Below are positions 52,086-64,000 of a stretch of 64,000 nucleotides of DNA, one piece after another (position 1 is the first letter of the stretch; each line of letters begins with the position of its first letter). Below the pieces are notes generated by a model. It ran no database searches, was not told the origin of the DNA, and saw only the letters and a list, made by a program, of their open reading frames with translations. Location of the stretch: positions 39,952,659 through 40,016,658 of the forward strand of contig JASCQW010000146.1 in assembly GCA_030264375.1 (NCBI GenBank), in the 5' to 3' direction. A program made the translations under genes and the position numbers. This DNA is from Carcharhinus longimanus. Taxonomy: Eukaryota.

Positions 52086-53117
52086 TGGGTCATTTGTTTT
52101 GATTGTTTTCTTTACCTTTTTCTTAACCCTAACCTCTTTTCTATTTCCCATCATTATTTCTCATTTGTTTTCCATGTATTTAGTGAATTTTCATCTCACT
52201 TTTTTCAGTTTTGCCCACAACCATTTATTTTTTAACTTGTTCTTTGTTTTGAAAAAAAGGCAGCGATTCATTAGATTGGAAGTCTCTGGATCCCCATTAC
52301 TCCAGATTTAAAAACCCAACCATTACTTTTCAATTTACCTGGTCATTTTTATCATTTGGTCTCCTGCAGGGTAGATCTCAGGATCTCACTCTAGCTACTT
52401 TCCACATTTTTATGGAGGAAAGAATTAATTCACTAGTTTTGGTCAATGGATATCACTTGATGACTTCATTCTGTCCAGCTGTGCCACCTCATGACCTGGA
52501 CCTCTTGGAGGAAGGCTGCCATGCCACCTTCCCCAGCACTCCATTTAAACCCAACTACATGAAGTTTGCAAAGACCCAAGGAGGCTGCAGCTTTGATTTT
52601 CCAGCTCCTACTATAAAGATGTGGGACGAAGCTAAATTAGTTATCCATTTGAACCCACTGTACTTCCTCCTCATTGCCCCAGAGTAGTTTTCTTTAGATG
52701 TTTTGCTGTCCTTCAATGATCTGCCTTACTGCTACAATAACACAAAATGCAGAAGGAGTGCAGAAGAGGGGCAAATATATGCACCCTATCTATGCCAATG
52801 CACCAGCCTATTTCCTCAACATTCTCTATGGTCTATCACGTTTTATAACCTCCAGTGAGGAAAGTTCTACAATCAATATAGTTTCGAAAGAGTGGGTTGG
52901 TGGAAACCATCCAATTGCCCCAATGCAATTTGGTAACATGTGCAAGAGAAGGGGGCCACCAGTTTGTGCTGAACACAAAAAAAATTGCAACGGATAGAAA
53001 CTTATGGACAGGAATTAGAGGAGTGAGCATACGTGTGCATGAGACAGCAGTGGTCTGTCTGGCTTTATTCAACATTTGTGTCTATTTTGATGGAAGTGAG
53101 TGGCTTAGTAAGACATT

Positions 53118-53367
53118 GCAGGGGCAGTTAAGAGTCAAATACATCGTTGTAGATTGGTAGTCATATGTAGGCCAGACCAGATACGGACAGAAGATTTCCA
53201 TTCTTAAAGCTTACATTGTCACTATTACAGATTGGCTTTTTATTTCAGGTGTGTTTAGCTAACGGAATTTAACTTCCCCAGTTGCTGTGTGGGATTTGAA
53301 TTCACATCTCTGGGTCATTAATGAAGGCCTCCAGATTACTAATTTAGTAATATAACTGGTTTTCTAC
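53118..53367 (-). mobile_element. tRNA-derived SINE, third family, diverged
   Basis: GGGCAGTTAAGAGTCAA...GTCATATGTAGGCCAGACCAG...GGGATTTGAA. Confidence 0.65.
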
Positions 53368-53475
53368 CTTGCCCCACACAGCCGGCTGAGCAGGCTCCAC
53401 GAGGGCACGGAACACTTGATCAGTCTTATCGGGACTTCCAATGAGGGAATTCACTTAACGAGATGCCGATTGAGC
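53368..53475 (-). other. Candidate non-coding 5'-UTR exon of THRAP3
   Basis: Acceptor tgctgttctgtctctggtttaAG|G, donor AAG|GTAGAA. 108 nt, ATG-free and locally CpG-rich. The donor abuts a SINE head. Confidence 0.3.
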
Positions 53476-55342
53476 CTTAAACCAGAGACAGAACAGCATT
53501 TTCGAATCCATTTGCATACTTATAACTCTTACTTGCTACATTTGGCGTAAGATAGGACGATCAAAGGTTAAACGCTCCACTTGAAGATAACAAAGGAATA
53601 GTTTTGTATGTGAAGTATTAAAAGTGAGAACACTCCATAACTCAGCACTTGAATGTAAAGTTCACCCAACAGCACCATCATTGCTTTGAGAGGAATGTAG
53701 CTAACTCAAGAATTCACACAGGGCCCCAAACAGTGCAGACTTTTCATTCAGCACGTTTCAGTTGCTGAAGATGATTCGACTTAAGCCCTGAAGAGGTTCG
53801 ATATTCATACACAAGTAGAAACTGCAGCAGCATTCCCAATTCAGACCAGCTGTTAGGGCCTAAGCTTCCAGGGAACTGTCTGTACATCCTCCAGCAGTCC
53901 CACACAACTCCAGACACAGTGAATCAATTATTATGGCACACACAAGTCGCAATACGCAGCAGTCAATGGGACAACTTTCTAACTCAGTTTTTCCAAAGAT
54001 TCCACCTCGCGGTTTCTGAGGGATTGAATGAAGGCTCTTCCACTTAAACCTTTAATTCATTTGAACATAAAAATGCCAGTTCCCTCAAACCTTCTTCTGA
54101 TTTGTTCAACTGACTACACCTCAGTCATGTCTCTCACGTCCTGAAGATGCTAACCCTCAGTCAGATAATAACAACTACCACTTTGGGCTGTCCTTCCCAC
54201 GTGTTGAGTAAATAACGGCTCCTCAACAAGGAGGCACCACACTCAAATCTCACTTAATGGCTGATTCCCATCACAACATTCAAGAGAAAGCTATATTGTA
54301 TGCACAGAATGCAATGACGACCACATGAAACTGGCTCTTATTTTCTTTTGCTTTTTATGTCACAGACTTGCATTCCAGGGTCTGTTAGCAATAATATGCC
54401 CTTAACTACCACTTTTGACATAGAAAAACATTCCAAGGTACTTGACGGAATAATAATTAAACAGTTGCCTTGTCAAAAGGAGATAATAAGAAGAGTGACT
54501 AAAAATCTGATTGGTTTCGGAAGAAAGAATTTGCATTTCTATAGCACCTTTACCTCAGGAAATCCTAAAGCACTGTACAGCCAATGAAGTGTAACAAGCG
54601 TACCGCAGGACTGAGGGGAAACATTGGCTGATTTCTTAAGTGAGAGATGGGGCACAGAGCAAGGATAGAACCCAAAGACCATTCTCATCTGTATGACTCA
54701 TTAGACTGACCCATCTGGGAGATTTTTTTCCATAACGTTGCTGTGAACTAGGGAGTATACATTGGAACCAAATAATTAGGAATGAAGGAATTTGCATAGA
54801 GCCTTTCGCATCCTCAGAATATCAAAACCCATTTCTCCTCCAATAATTAATTTCAGCAACCTGACTTTAGTTATATAAAAAAAAGCTGTACACAATGAAG
54901 TCAACATAAAAGAGATTGAGATAAATTACTTGGCAACCTGTTCCTGGTAGTGGAGGGAGAAATACTGATCAGGATACCAGAAGTTCCTACTTCTCTGATG
55001 TCAGTGCATTGTTTTTAATATATTGTATGCATATACACACATGCACACACTTGAACTGACAAAAAAAGGTAATGGCTTAACATCTGAGAGACTGCACCTC
55101 CACCAACCCATACTCGCAGTAGGGCACTGTAGCTTGAGCCTTGATTATGGGCTCAAGGCCTGGAGTGAGACTTGAACCTGTTGGGATTCAAGTCACAGGG
55201 GCACTACCACTTGAGTTAGCACATCTCATACTGTCATTTGCACCACCAGATTAGATACTACAAACCTACTCCACCCCTACAATCTCTAACCTGGATGGTA
55301 ACAGCGTGGAAGGAGCCTTTGTTAGTTCTGTGCTACTTTTGT

Positions 55343-55645
55343 TTTATTCATTCAAGAGATGTGAGTATCGCTGGCTGGGCCAGCAATTATTGCCCATCTC
55401 TGAGGGCATTAAAGAGTCAACCATATTGTTGTTGGTCTGGAGTCACATGCAGGACAGACCAGGTAAGGATGGCAGATTTCCTTCCCTAAAGGGCGTTAGT
55501 GAACCAGTTGGGTTTTTATGGTTTCATGGTCATCACTAGACTCTGAATTCCAGATGTTTATTGAATTCAAATTTCCCCATCTGCCCTGGTGGGATTTGAT
55601 CCTGGGTCCCCACAGTATTACCCTGGGACAGTGACATACCACCAG
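55343..55645 (-). mobile_element. tRNA-derived SINE, third family
   Basis: Collinear with the 51776-52085 copy. Confidence 0.8.
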
Positions 55646-56096
55646 GCTGCAGTCTACCCTCCCCTTGCCTCAACAGTGGATAAAAAAGTACAACGGTCTG
55701 AATGGTACTCACCAGCGTTGTGAAGAGTAGAATGGACGCAGGAAGTTTCTCCCTGGGCATGAAGATGGTATATGGCAATGTTACAAGTGAGTAATTCAGT
55801 GACAGTGACCGCCTGAGAGAGAATGACGCAAACAAAATCAGGAAGTTGCTCATCCCTTCAGCATCTGTCTTCCCAGCAAAGAATCCAATCATTTCTTCTA
55901 TAGTTCCAAAAGGTTTTGCCTCACTGCATCACATTCATCACTATGAAAAAGTCAACCCTTCATATGTTCTAAATTTGCCTTTCTCCAGTCTAATGCCATT
56001 GCCCCGATCCTGTTGTATCATAAACATTTCAGCAGAGATGTTTAAAAAAAGCCCGATGTGCACACTCAGGTGGCCACCAAAGATCCCATGGCACTA

Positions 56097-56392
56097 TTTT
56101 ATTTCTTTGTATCAAAGTAGGCTTACATTAACAGTTCAATGAAGTTATTGTGAAAATTCCCTAGTCGCCACACTCTGGCGCCTGTTCAGGTACACTGGGA
56201 GAATTTAGCATGGCCAATGCACTTAATCAGCACATCTTGTGGACAGAGAGGAAATCAAAGCACCCAGAGGAAACCCATGCAGAAACAGGGAGAATGCGCA
56301 GACTTCACACAGACAGTGACCCATGCCAGGAATCAAACCCAGGTCCCTGGCATTGTGAGGCAGCAGTGCTAACCACTGTGCCACTGCGCCGT
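56097..56392 (-). mobile_element. V-domain SINE, tail type B, inserted in a Deu-type SINE
   Basis: Same tail, core and head as the 48041 copy. Host SINE at ~56030-56096 and ~56395-56630. Confidence 0.88.
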
Positions 56393-56682
56393 CCTGAAAA
56401 GTCAGAGCAGTTCTCCCTGGTGTCTTGGCCAATTTTTATCCTTAAATCAACATCACTAAAATAATTACTATGTAATTATCACATTGCTGTTTGTGGGAGC
56501 TTGCTGTGGTCAAACTGCCTATCGCATTTCCTACCTTACAGCAATTGCACTGCAAAAGTACTGCATAGTTGTAAAGTGCTTTGAGACATCCTCAGGTTTT
56601 GTAAAGGGCTATAGAAATACAAAGACTTATTTTTAATCTGAAGCAGTGTCTCCTTTATCTTAAGTACTGTTGAAAAAAAAGA

Positions 56683-56787
56683 TGTCAAAGCTTTTCATCT
56701 TGCACTCATCAGGATACATTTGCAAGAATATCAATTTGAGTATTTTTGCAAATCTGTGATGAATGCAAGATGAAAAGGTTTTTGACA
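56683..56787. repeat. Imperfect ~50-bp inverted repeat made of two hammerhead-like motifs
   Basis: TGTCAAAGCTTTTCATCTTGCACTCATCAG...TTTGCAAGAATA pairs with TATTTTTGCAAA...TGATGAATGCAAGATGAAAAGG.TTTTGACA. Confidence 0.8.
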
Positions 56788-56877
56788 GCAATATTCAAAT
56801 TTTATACTACCAGTCACTTTCTACCTAACTTCATGCCCACACATTCATAAAAACTGTGGTCCCAAACAATGTACTCT

Positions 56878-56924
56878 ATTAGCATCTATAAGAGAACAAT
56901 GTCTGTTCTCTTACAGATGCTAAT
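56878..56924. repeat. 21-bp inverted repeat with 5-nt loop
   Basis: ATTAGCATCTATAAGAGAACA-atgtc-TGTTCTCTTACAGATGCTAAT, 20/21 complementary. Confidence 0.9.
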
Positions 56925-59900
56925 TAGCCAGTTATTTTTAATATTGCGCATCAGCTAGAACAGGAAGGAGGAAAATGAGTGAGCTGGAGAGTCTGTGTTA
57001 ACGAAGATGAATGGCAGAAAAAAAACATGCGTTTAGCTGAAACAAGGTTTATTAAAAGCAACCATGAGGAAACATATAAGTGAACAGGAGAGGGGGAAGA
57101 GAGAGATTTATGAGCATGTACCAAGAAGAAAAGGTAAATAAAGGAACTTCGGGGAGGAGTTCCATGCACATACAACAGAAGGGTGGGTTGGGGAGTGGAA
57201 ATGTTGTTGCTAGTCAGCATAAAATGAGGTAAGAGATGCCGAAAGTCAGAACTTTCATGCACTACAGATACTGCTCAATGAACCATTATTACAAGCCATG
57301 CAGGCTTTAGCATTATGATAATTCATGGAGATTTTTTTGTGTGATAGAATTCTGCAACTGTCATCAACACATTAAGTGGCAGCATGACATACAAACACGT
57401 GTTGTCAGTTAGTTCTTGATGCTGACCCTGATGCCACAGGTTAGACATCTTCCCATGGTGACATGCTTAACATGATAAGCAGGAAATCGGTGGGGAGCAT
57501 TGGATACAAGAGAAACAGCTCTCCATTTCATCTCTCTCCTGCAGCTCCCGTCTTGAATATACTGCATGGCTTTTTATTGAATAGTATTCACATTTCAATG
57601 GGCTTGAAGCTCTGCCACTAGATACAGTGGACAGTTTCCATGGCGCAATTGGAACTTTGAACGGGACGTAAAGAACGAATCAGTAACTTCAGTCAATAAA
57701 TAGCTAACATTCCCAAGATCCCATAAACCACCAGCTCCTCCAATTTAATGTGTTGACAGGGAGTTGGTCACTGATACATTGATATACGCACTCTATAAGT
57801 GGCCCAAGCCATAAGAAGGAAAGATAATACATCAAGTCAAGAAATGGAGGCCAAATCCAGCCAGTTGTTCAAACTACTGAGTGTCCCGACTCTACATTTT
57901 AAACAGATGGTAAAAGACTTGCTGAGTTTAGGGCAAAGTTCCTTGTGTTCTGCTCTCAGGAGATCTTTCCCACACATTGTATCAAACTGTGAGGTGTTTT
58001 ATGCTACGGGCCCTAGCTCATTATGAGCTGGGTGTGAGAATTTTCAGCACAATTTGGACTGGATCTTCACAACCAGCAAGAAATAAAACTATGCTTCTTT
58101 GAAAGTGTGGGAGGCGATGCAATGCGAGACAAACGTCAGGCTGTCACAACCTCATGCCAATGACTGGCTGTTATCATCAAGGAGTGCAGAACAAAGATCT
58201 ACTTTAAGATGCTAATATGTCTTTTTCTCATACTCCCTCTTGCCGAATAAATGCTAGACAAATACTAATCAATGCTAATTAATAGTCTGTCCTTAAACAG
58301 GATCTCCCATCTGGTGATACATCCCAAGATGTTGCACAAAGTGGACAGTGGACCCAGAAAGTTAGGGATATGATAGGTGGTGAAGTGGCAATGATAATGT
58401 TTACGGAGCCACATGAAGGTAGGAAACAGAAGAGACTGGAACTTTAGAATCCAAGGACAATAGAGTCCTTGGGATACGAAGGGGAAGAGGATAAGGGGCA
58501 AGAGAAAAACATTAGAAAAGGTCAGATGGTATAAGCAGGTTCATAAGGCTAGAGAAGTCTGCAAACGAGACTAGCATGGGTTTGTACATCAAAATACTAT
58601 AGGGATGGAAAGTCAGTGAGGAACTGGGGTGATAGAAGAACAGGATAGCATGTCGGTGTGGATAGGCGGATTGGAGACTGTAAAGAAATAGTCACAAGCA
58701 GAGGTGGTGGTCACTAATTTCAGAACTCCAAACATAGTGCTGGACATGGACTAAATGGAGGTTTAACTCAGTGCCAACAGATTGTGACTTATATCCCTGA
58801 CATTTCCCTTCAGGTGGGCAATGCGGGACTTCTCCTTTAGCGCTAATTCCACTTTGTGATCGGATTTAAAAATACAGTTGAAACTATTCCTGGAATTGAA
58901 CCGCTAACTTTTTTTCTATGTCAAATATTTCACATCAGTTTACACATAGAAACACATTTGTAATACTGATAAGATTTTCTACTGCACCAGGTCGCTGGAA
59001 TCTGAAAATGCTCCCTTGTAAAGGAGAAACTAGTTAAGTTGACAAAGTAACATACAGTTTGGTGAAATTCTATTGAAATTTCAAGTCAAGAGACACTAGT
59101 GTCAAGCTGCTTGAATATAGCACAAATCAGTAAAACAATAAACACATCAGGATTTATTTGACTGAAATAAAGATCATTCCTTTAACTGAATATGTACAAT
59201 AACCCATACAGCTTAATAACCTATAACCTGAGGCTTCACCGCTGAAACCACTACACAGAGATGCTCCTCACTTGCCAAGGGTTGGTGCTGTGATACTGAG
59301 CTATGGAGACATGTTCCCAGCAAAGGGAGAATAATCAGTTTTACTTCAACTGGTGATCACTAACTAGTAATCCAGAACAGTCATTTGGTCAAGTTTGATA
59401 GAGATGTTTGCCTGACAGAATAACCTGCAGCCGGTCATTGTTTGGGTATACAATGAGATTGGGTTGGATAAGAATGCTTTTGCCGAACACTGGAGGTACA
59501 GGAAGAGCATGCTCATGAGCTAGGCGTTTAGTTACCTTATGAAGTCATAGAACTTATTTTTGAATCATAACAATTTGGGTTGTGTACAAAAGAAATACCA
59601 ACAGGAATTAAAATCCTTAAGATATGGGAAGCCAACCTTTTCTTAATTCACCTTCAGTATTTCTGTGACACCTAAATGGGGAAATACTCTGTCATCCAGC
59701 AATTAGGAGAAGAATGGGTGCCCAGATAGTGCCTTTTGCAACTTCAGGGTCCCAAAGCCAATTATAAATAATGAAATACTTCCTTTTTGAAGTGTTGTCA
59801 TTATTGTAACGTACTAACCAGTTCACAAACCACTAGTTCCAACAAATTGCAATGAGATAAATGACCAAATAACCTACTTTGTATGTAGGTTGAGGGATAA

Positions 59901-61069
59901 ATATTGGCCAGGATATTAGGGAAAACTCCCCTGCTCATCTTCAAGACAATATCATAGGATCTTTCACATTCATCTTGGATTAACGAACTGTCCAAAAGAT
60001 TACATTCCCTAATGTTCATACTCTTATTGTCTCATCATGGCATGAATGAACACTTTGGGTCTCAGGGCAGGTGAGGATTTATGGTCAGCAGCTTTCATTT
60101 GCACAAAAATGCATCCAAATTACTCAGCGTTACCAAGTTATTAAACTATTAAATATAAAATGTAAGGTGACCACCAAACACACTACGCAATACAATTTCA
60201 GAGCACAGGCAGATATTGATTGGTCCTGAATCCTGATCATTCCTACAGAACCAACAAACTCACCCATGCAGTTAACTTATTTAGAATATTACCAGGCAGA
60301 GATGCTCATAGGAAGCTTACAGCAAAATAGCTGGCAATTCAGCCAGTCAAATGTGAATGCCCTCTAAACAAGTTCTCTAAATAGCTCAATCTATTTCCCC
60401 GCCACCTTTCAACTGGTATCATTTCCAAACCTTTGTGCCCCATTTATTTCTAATAAAAATCTATTGTGGAAACTCTTTCCACTTTGGCTTCTGGTACAGC
60501 ATTCCATGTCCTGCCATCCAAAGTGCTAAAACATTTCCCCAAAATCTTTTAATAAAGATTGCATCGACTCCAAGCCAATGGAAATAAACCCCTCAGAATC
60601 AGATCTCTTGTCAGAGCTCATTTTAATCTCCTTTGCCCTAATTTCTCCAGTACCTCCTCCTAAACACAGACTCTCATCTATCATTCTGGAGAGTATGCAG
60701 AATAACATCTCTATGGCCTTGACAGCTTTCCTAAAATAAGGCATCTAAAACTGGACACAGTATTCTAATTGTGGCCGAACTAACGACATGATTATTTTAG
60801 AGTCATGCCTTAGTTTTATTTATAAAATCCATTAACTTTTTATTATACACAACTTTTTTTTTTACATAATTTATCAATTTATCCCCCAACCTTCAAAACC
60901 ATCCATCAGTGCCAAAGTGTCTCTACTCCTTTTCAAAGTTATCATTTACTGGATGTGATCTCATTATTTGTCCTGAAACGTATCACCTAATTTTTCTTAT
61001 TAAATTTCAGTTAGCATTCAAAGGAACATTGGTTTCCATCTCAATGGCTGAAATACAAAGGCCAGGAAG

Positions 61070-61473
61070 TTATGTAAAAAGCATTAGTCATACCAAATTG
61101 TGTTCAGTTCTGAGTACCGCACCTTAGGAAGGAGCAGGTACGCAGATTCACCAGTCTGATATCAGGCCAAAAGTATTAAATTATGAGGACAGATTGCATG
61201 ATCTTGGCTTATATTTCTGAGTTTAAAAGGTGAGGAGTGATCCAACTGTGCTGTGTAATACAACAAAAGAATTTTGTTAGAACAGAGATGGAAGAACTAT
61301 TTCCTCCTGCGGTAAAATCAGGAACAAGGTGCTTAATCTGGAAATTAGAGCCAGGCCATTCAGAAGCTATTATTTTTTATTAAGCAGTGTAAACATTTCC
61401 TAAAATGGGTCAACTGAAATATTTTAGAACTGAGGCTGACAGATTTTTGTTGGATACGGTTATGAAAGGATAT
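61070..61473 (+). mobile_element. CR1 LINE 3' fragment
   Basis: TGTGTTCAGTTCTG..ACCGCACC...AGATTCACCAG...TTAAATTATGAGGACAGATTGCAT. Confidence 0.65.
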
Positions 61474-61803
61474 GGCATGGTAGCTCAGTGGTTAGCATTG
61501 GTGCTTCACACCTCCAGGGACCTAAGTTCCAATCCCAGCTTGGGTCGCTGTCTGTGTGGAGTTTGCACATTCTCCGTGTCTGCGTGGGTTGCCTCTGGGT
61601 ACTCCAGTTTCCTCCCACAGTCCAAAGTAGTGCGGGTTAGGTTGACTGGCCATGCTAAATTGCCCCTTAGTGTCCTGGGACGCATAGGTTAGAGGGATTA
61701 GTGGGTAAATATGTAGGGATGCGTGGATAGGACCTGTGTGGGATTGTCATTGGTGCAGACTCGATGCGCTGAACGGCCTCACTCTGCACTGTAAGATTCT
61801 ATG
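61474..61803 (+). mobile_element. HE1-like V-SINE
   Basis: TGGTAGCTCAGTGGTTAGCA head, V core, tail GGTGCAGACTCGATG...GCACTGTAAGATTCTATG. Confidence 0.9.
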
Positions 61804-64000
61804 GAATAAAAGGACAGTTTATGTAGCTGAAGTGCTGATCAAGCACAGACCTTGCTGGAGAACATATGTGAAAAACTAAGTAAAGTACTATTGGGCTTTT
61901 TGGGGTCGGACAGAGAAAGGGCATNNNNNNNNNNNNNNNNNNNNNNNNNNNNNNNNNNNNNNNNNNNNNNNNNNNNNNNNNNNNNNNNNNNNNNNNNNNN
62001 NNNNNNNNNNNNNNNNNNNNNNNNNNNNNNNNNNNNNNNNNNNNNNNNNNNNNNNNNNNNNNNNNNNNNNNNNNNNNNNNNNNNNNNNNNNNNNNNNNNN
62101 NNNNNNNNNNNNNNNNNNNNNNNNNNNNNNNNNNNNNNNNNNNNNNNNNNNNNNNNNNNNNNNNNNNNNNNNNNNNNNNNNNNNNNNNNNNNNNNNNNNN
62201 NNNNNNNNNNNNNNNNNNNNNNNNNNNNNNNNNNNNNNNNNNNNNNNNNNNNNNNNNNNNNNNNNNNNNNNNNNNNNNNNNNNNNNNNNNNNNNNNNNNN
62301 NNNNNNNNNNNNNNNNNNNNNNNNNNNNNNNNNNNNNNNNNNNNNNNNNNNNNNNNATTCTGGTTTTTATCTGGGGGTGGGGAGGGGAGGAGGAGGAGGA
62401 GGAGTGGAAATAGGGGTTAGAAAAAACATTTTAAAGGGTGAAATTTTCAATTGAAAAGTCGTAGAATTTCTCATTCCAGCACAGGAAAATCAAACCTCAG
62501 CAGAACAGGTGCATCAATCATTTCCCTGTTTACTCATAAGTGAACGTTAGTTTTGAGTGACACCTTTTCAGATCAAACTAGCCTGGCAGCAGGAAACCAA
62601 ATATTCTTCCTCACATTCTCTCAGATCTGGGTACTTGCAGTTTAGAAGAATGAAAGGTTATCAGGGGTAGGCAGGAAGGTGCAGTTGCGGTTAAAATCAG
62701 ATCAGCCATGATATTATTGAATGGCAGAGATGCCAGACTCGAGGGGCTGAGAGGCCTACTCCTGTTGTAATTCATATGTCTATACAGAGCATCCCTTCTG
62801 CAACAACGCCTCTCCTCAGCCCAAGAGCACTGTATCACATGTCACCATAGCAAACTGTCATTTCCATTATCAATACCCTTCATCTGGGCATCAGACTAAG
62901 ATCAATCCACCAATAAGAAAAATTAGCCTGCAATGACCGAGATCCAGATCCCATGTAACTGTCAAGGCTGTTTAAACATTGCAGGTCCATTTTGTTGTAG
63001 TATGACCAACAGTCCAATGGTGGTACAATATCCCTGCTACAGTTTGAGAGAGAGCAAGCAGATACCAGAATGTGGCTGGTTTAGGTAGAATTATACCTAG
63101 TAACTCCTGCAGATGGGGACAAAGGGAGGAAACTGGCAGGAAAGAGTGCTCTTCGTTAGAAGTGCACAGCTCAATAGCAGAGGCAGTGACTCCCCACTAA
63201 AATAATTTGATCCGTGGTCAAAATTTCAGTGATTAGCAGAAATATTGGGAGCCAACAAATGCTTGCAAGGAAGTTGGAACTTTATTTCCAGAAGCATCAA
63301 GCAAAAGTTTGCTAACAACTGTTTTTTGATCAAATATATATTTTGAACAATTTTATTTAACTGCTGTTTCTGGCTTGCCAGCGCATGCCTTACATTAAAC
63401 CCAAAGTGTGAAAGGGTGGAATCAAACAACTCGAACAGTCAACACTGAAAACACTATCAAACAAAAAAGACTAGGTCGGATTGTGTTTTTGCTTTTTCCG
63501 TGCAGAAGATGGAAGATGCCTTATTTCACTTGATCTTTGTTGGACACATAACGAAATAGTAATAACAATAAAAGCCAAAATCAAGGAGTGTTGAGCAATG
63601 GACAAGACAGAGGAAAAAAGATCACATATATCCTTTTGTTCTCACCAATGCTCAGTGAAGCAGACAGCAAACCATAATGAATTTGAGTTCTCAGATAGTG
63701 ACAAACAATAACACAATACATAAAATGACATCAACCATGCTCCAAAATAGAATTCAACCCAACCCAACACTGCGACCATTGGGTATTGTATCTCAAATTG
63801 TTTTAAAACTACTAGCCGAAAGCCATCTTTATGTAAGGGAAGGTATCTTCCAAACCTACAGGGCTTTTAAAATGTTGTAGGAAATAAAGATTCTAATCAT
63901 TCAACATAAAAACTGAAGGGTAGATTTATTTATGTCACTAGCTCTTCAGAAAATAGCATAATTCCACATTTTATTCTCTATACTAAATCTGGCGTCCCCT

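Noticed and set aside
24249-64000. A second gene or the THRAP3 promoter
   Set aside because: No CpG island and no ORF with a recognisable non-transposon protein motif; short exons could have been missed.

Overview
Eukaryotic, repeat-rich genomic DNA with seven N-gaps. It is almost certainly from a cartilaginous fish (shark), judged from its SINE/LINE families. The only gene I can support is THRAP3 (BCLAF1/THRAP3 family RS-rich splicing/mRNA-decay factor) on the minus strand. Six coding exons can be reconstructed with GT-AG sites and consistent phases: 24203-24067, 11682-10717, 9082-8172, 6632-6460, 4097-3989 and 2384-2300. They total about 759 codons if the 100-N gap in the third exon is closed. 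The remaining 3' exons lie beyond coordinate 1 and no promoter or CpG island is visible, so 24.3-64 kb is probably 5'-UTR intron. The rest is tRNA-derived SINEs (V-domain/HE1-like, Deu-domain-like and a third family), CR1, L2-like and Rex1/Babar LINE fragments, Penelope-like remnants and a tiny hAT MITE. Nearly all ORFs in the supplied track are spurious. I found no convincing new multi-gene system. The best second-look items are an inverted pair of minimal hammerhead-ribozyme motifs beside a near-perfect 21-bp hairpin (~56.7-56.9 kb), a false gap inside a coding exon, a 6-nt tandem splice acceptor, two candidate 5'-UTR exons, and repeated SINE-into-SINE insertion at the same site. Repeat family names come from recalled consensus motifs, not from a database search, and repeat boundaries are approximate.
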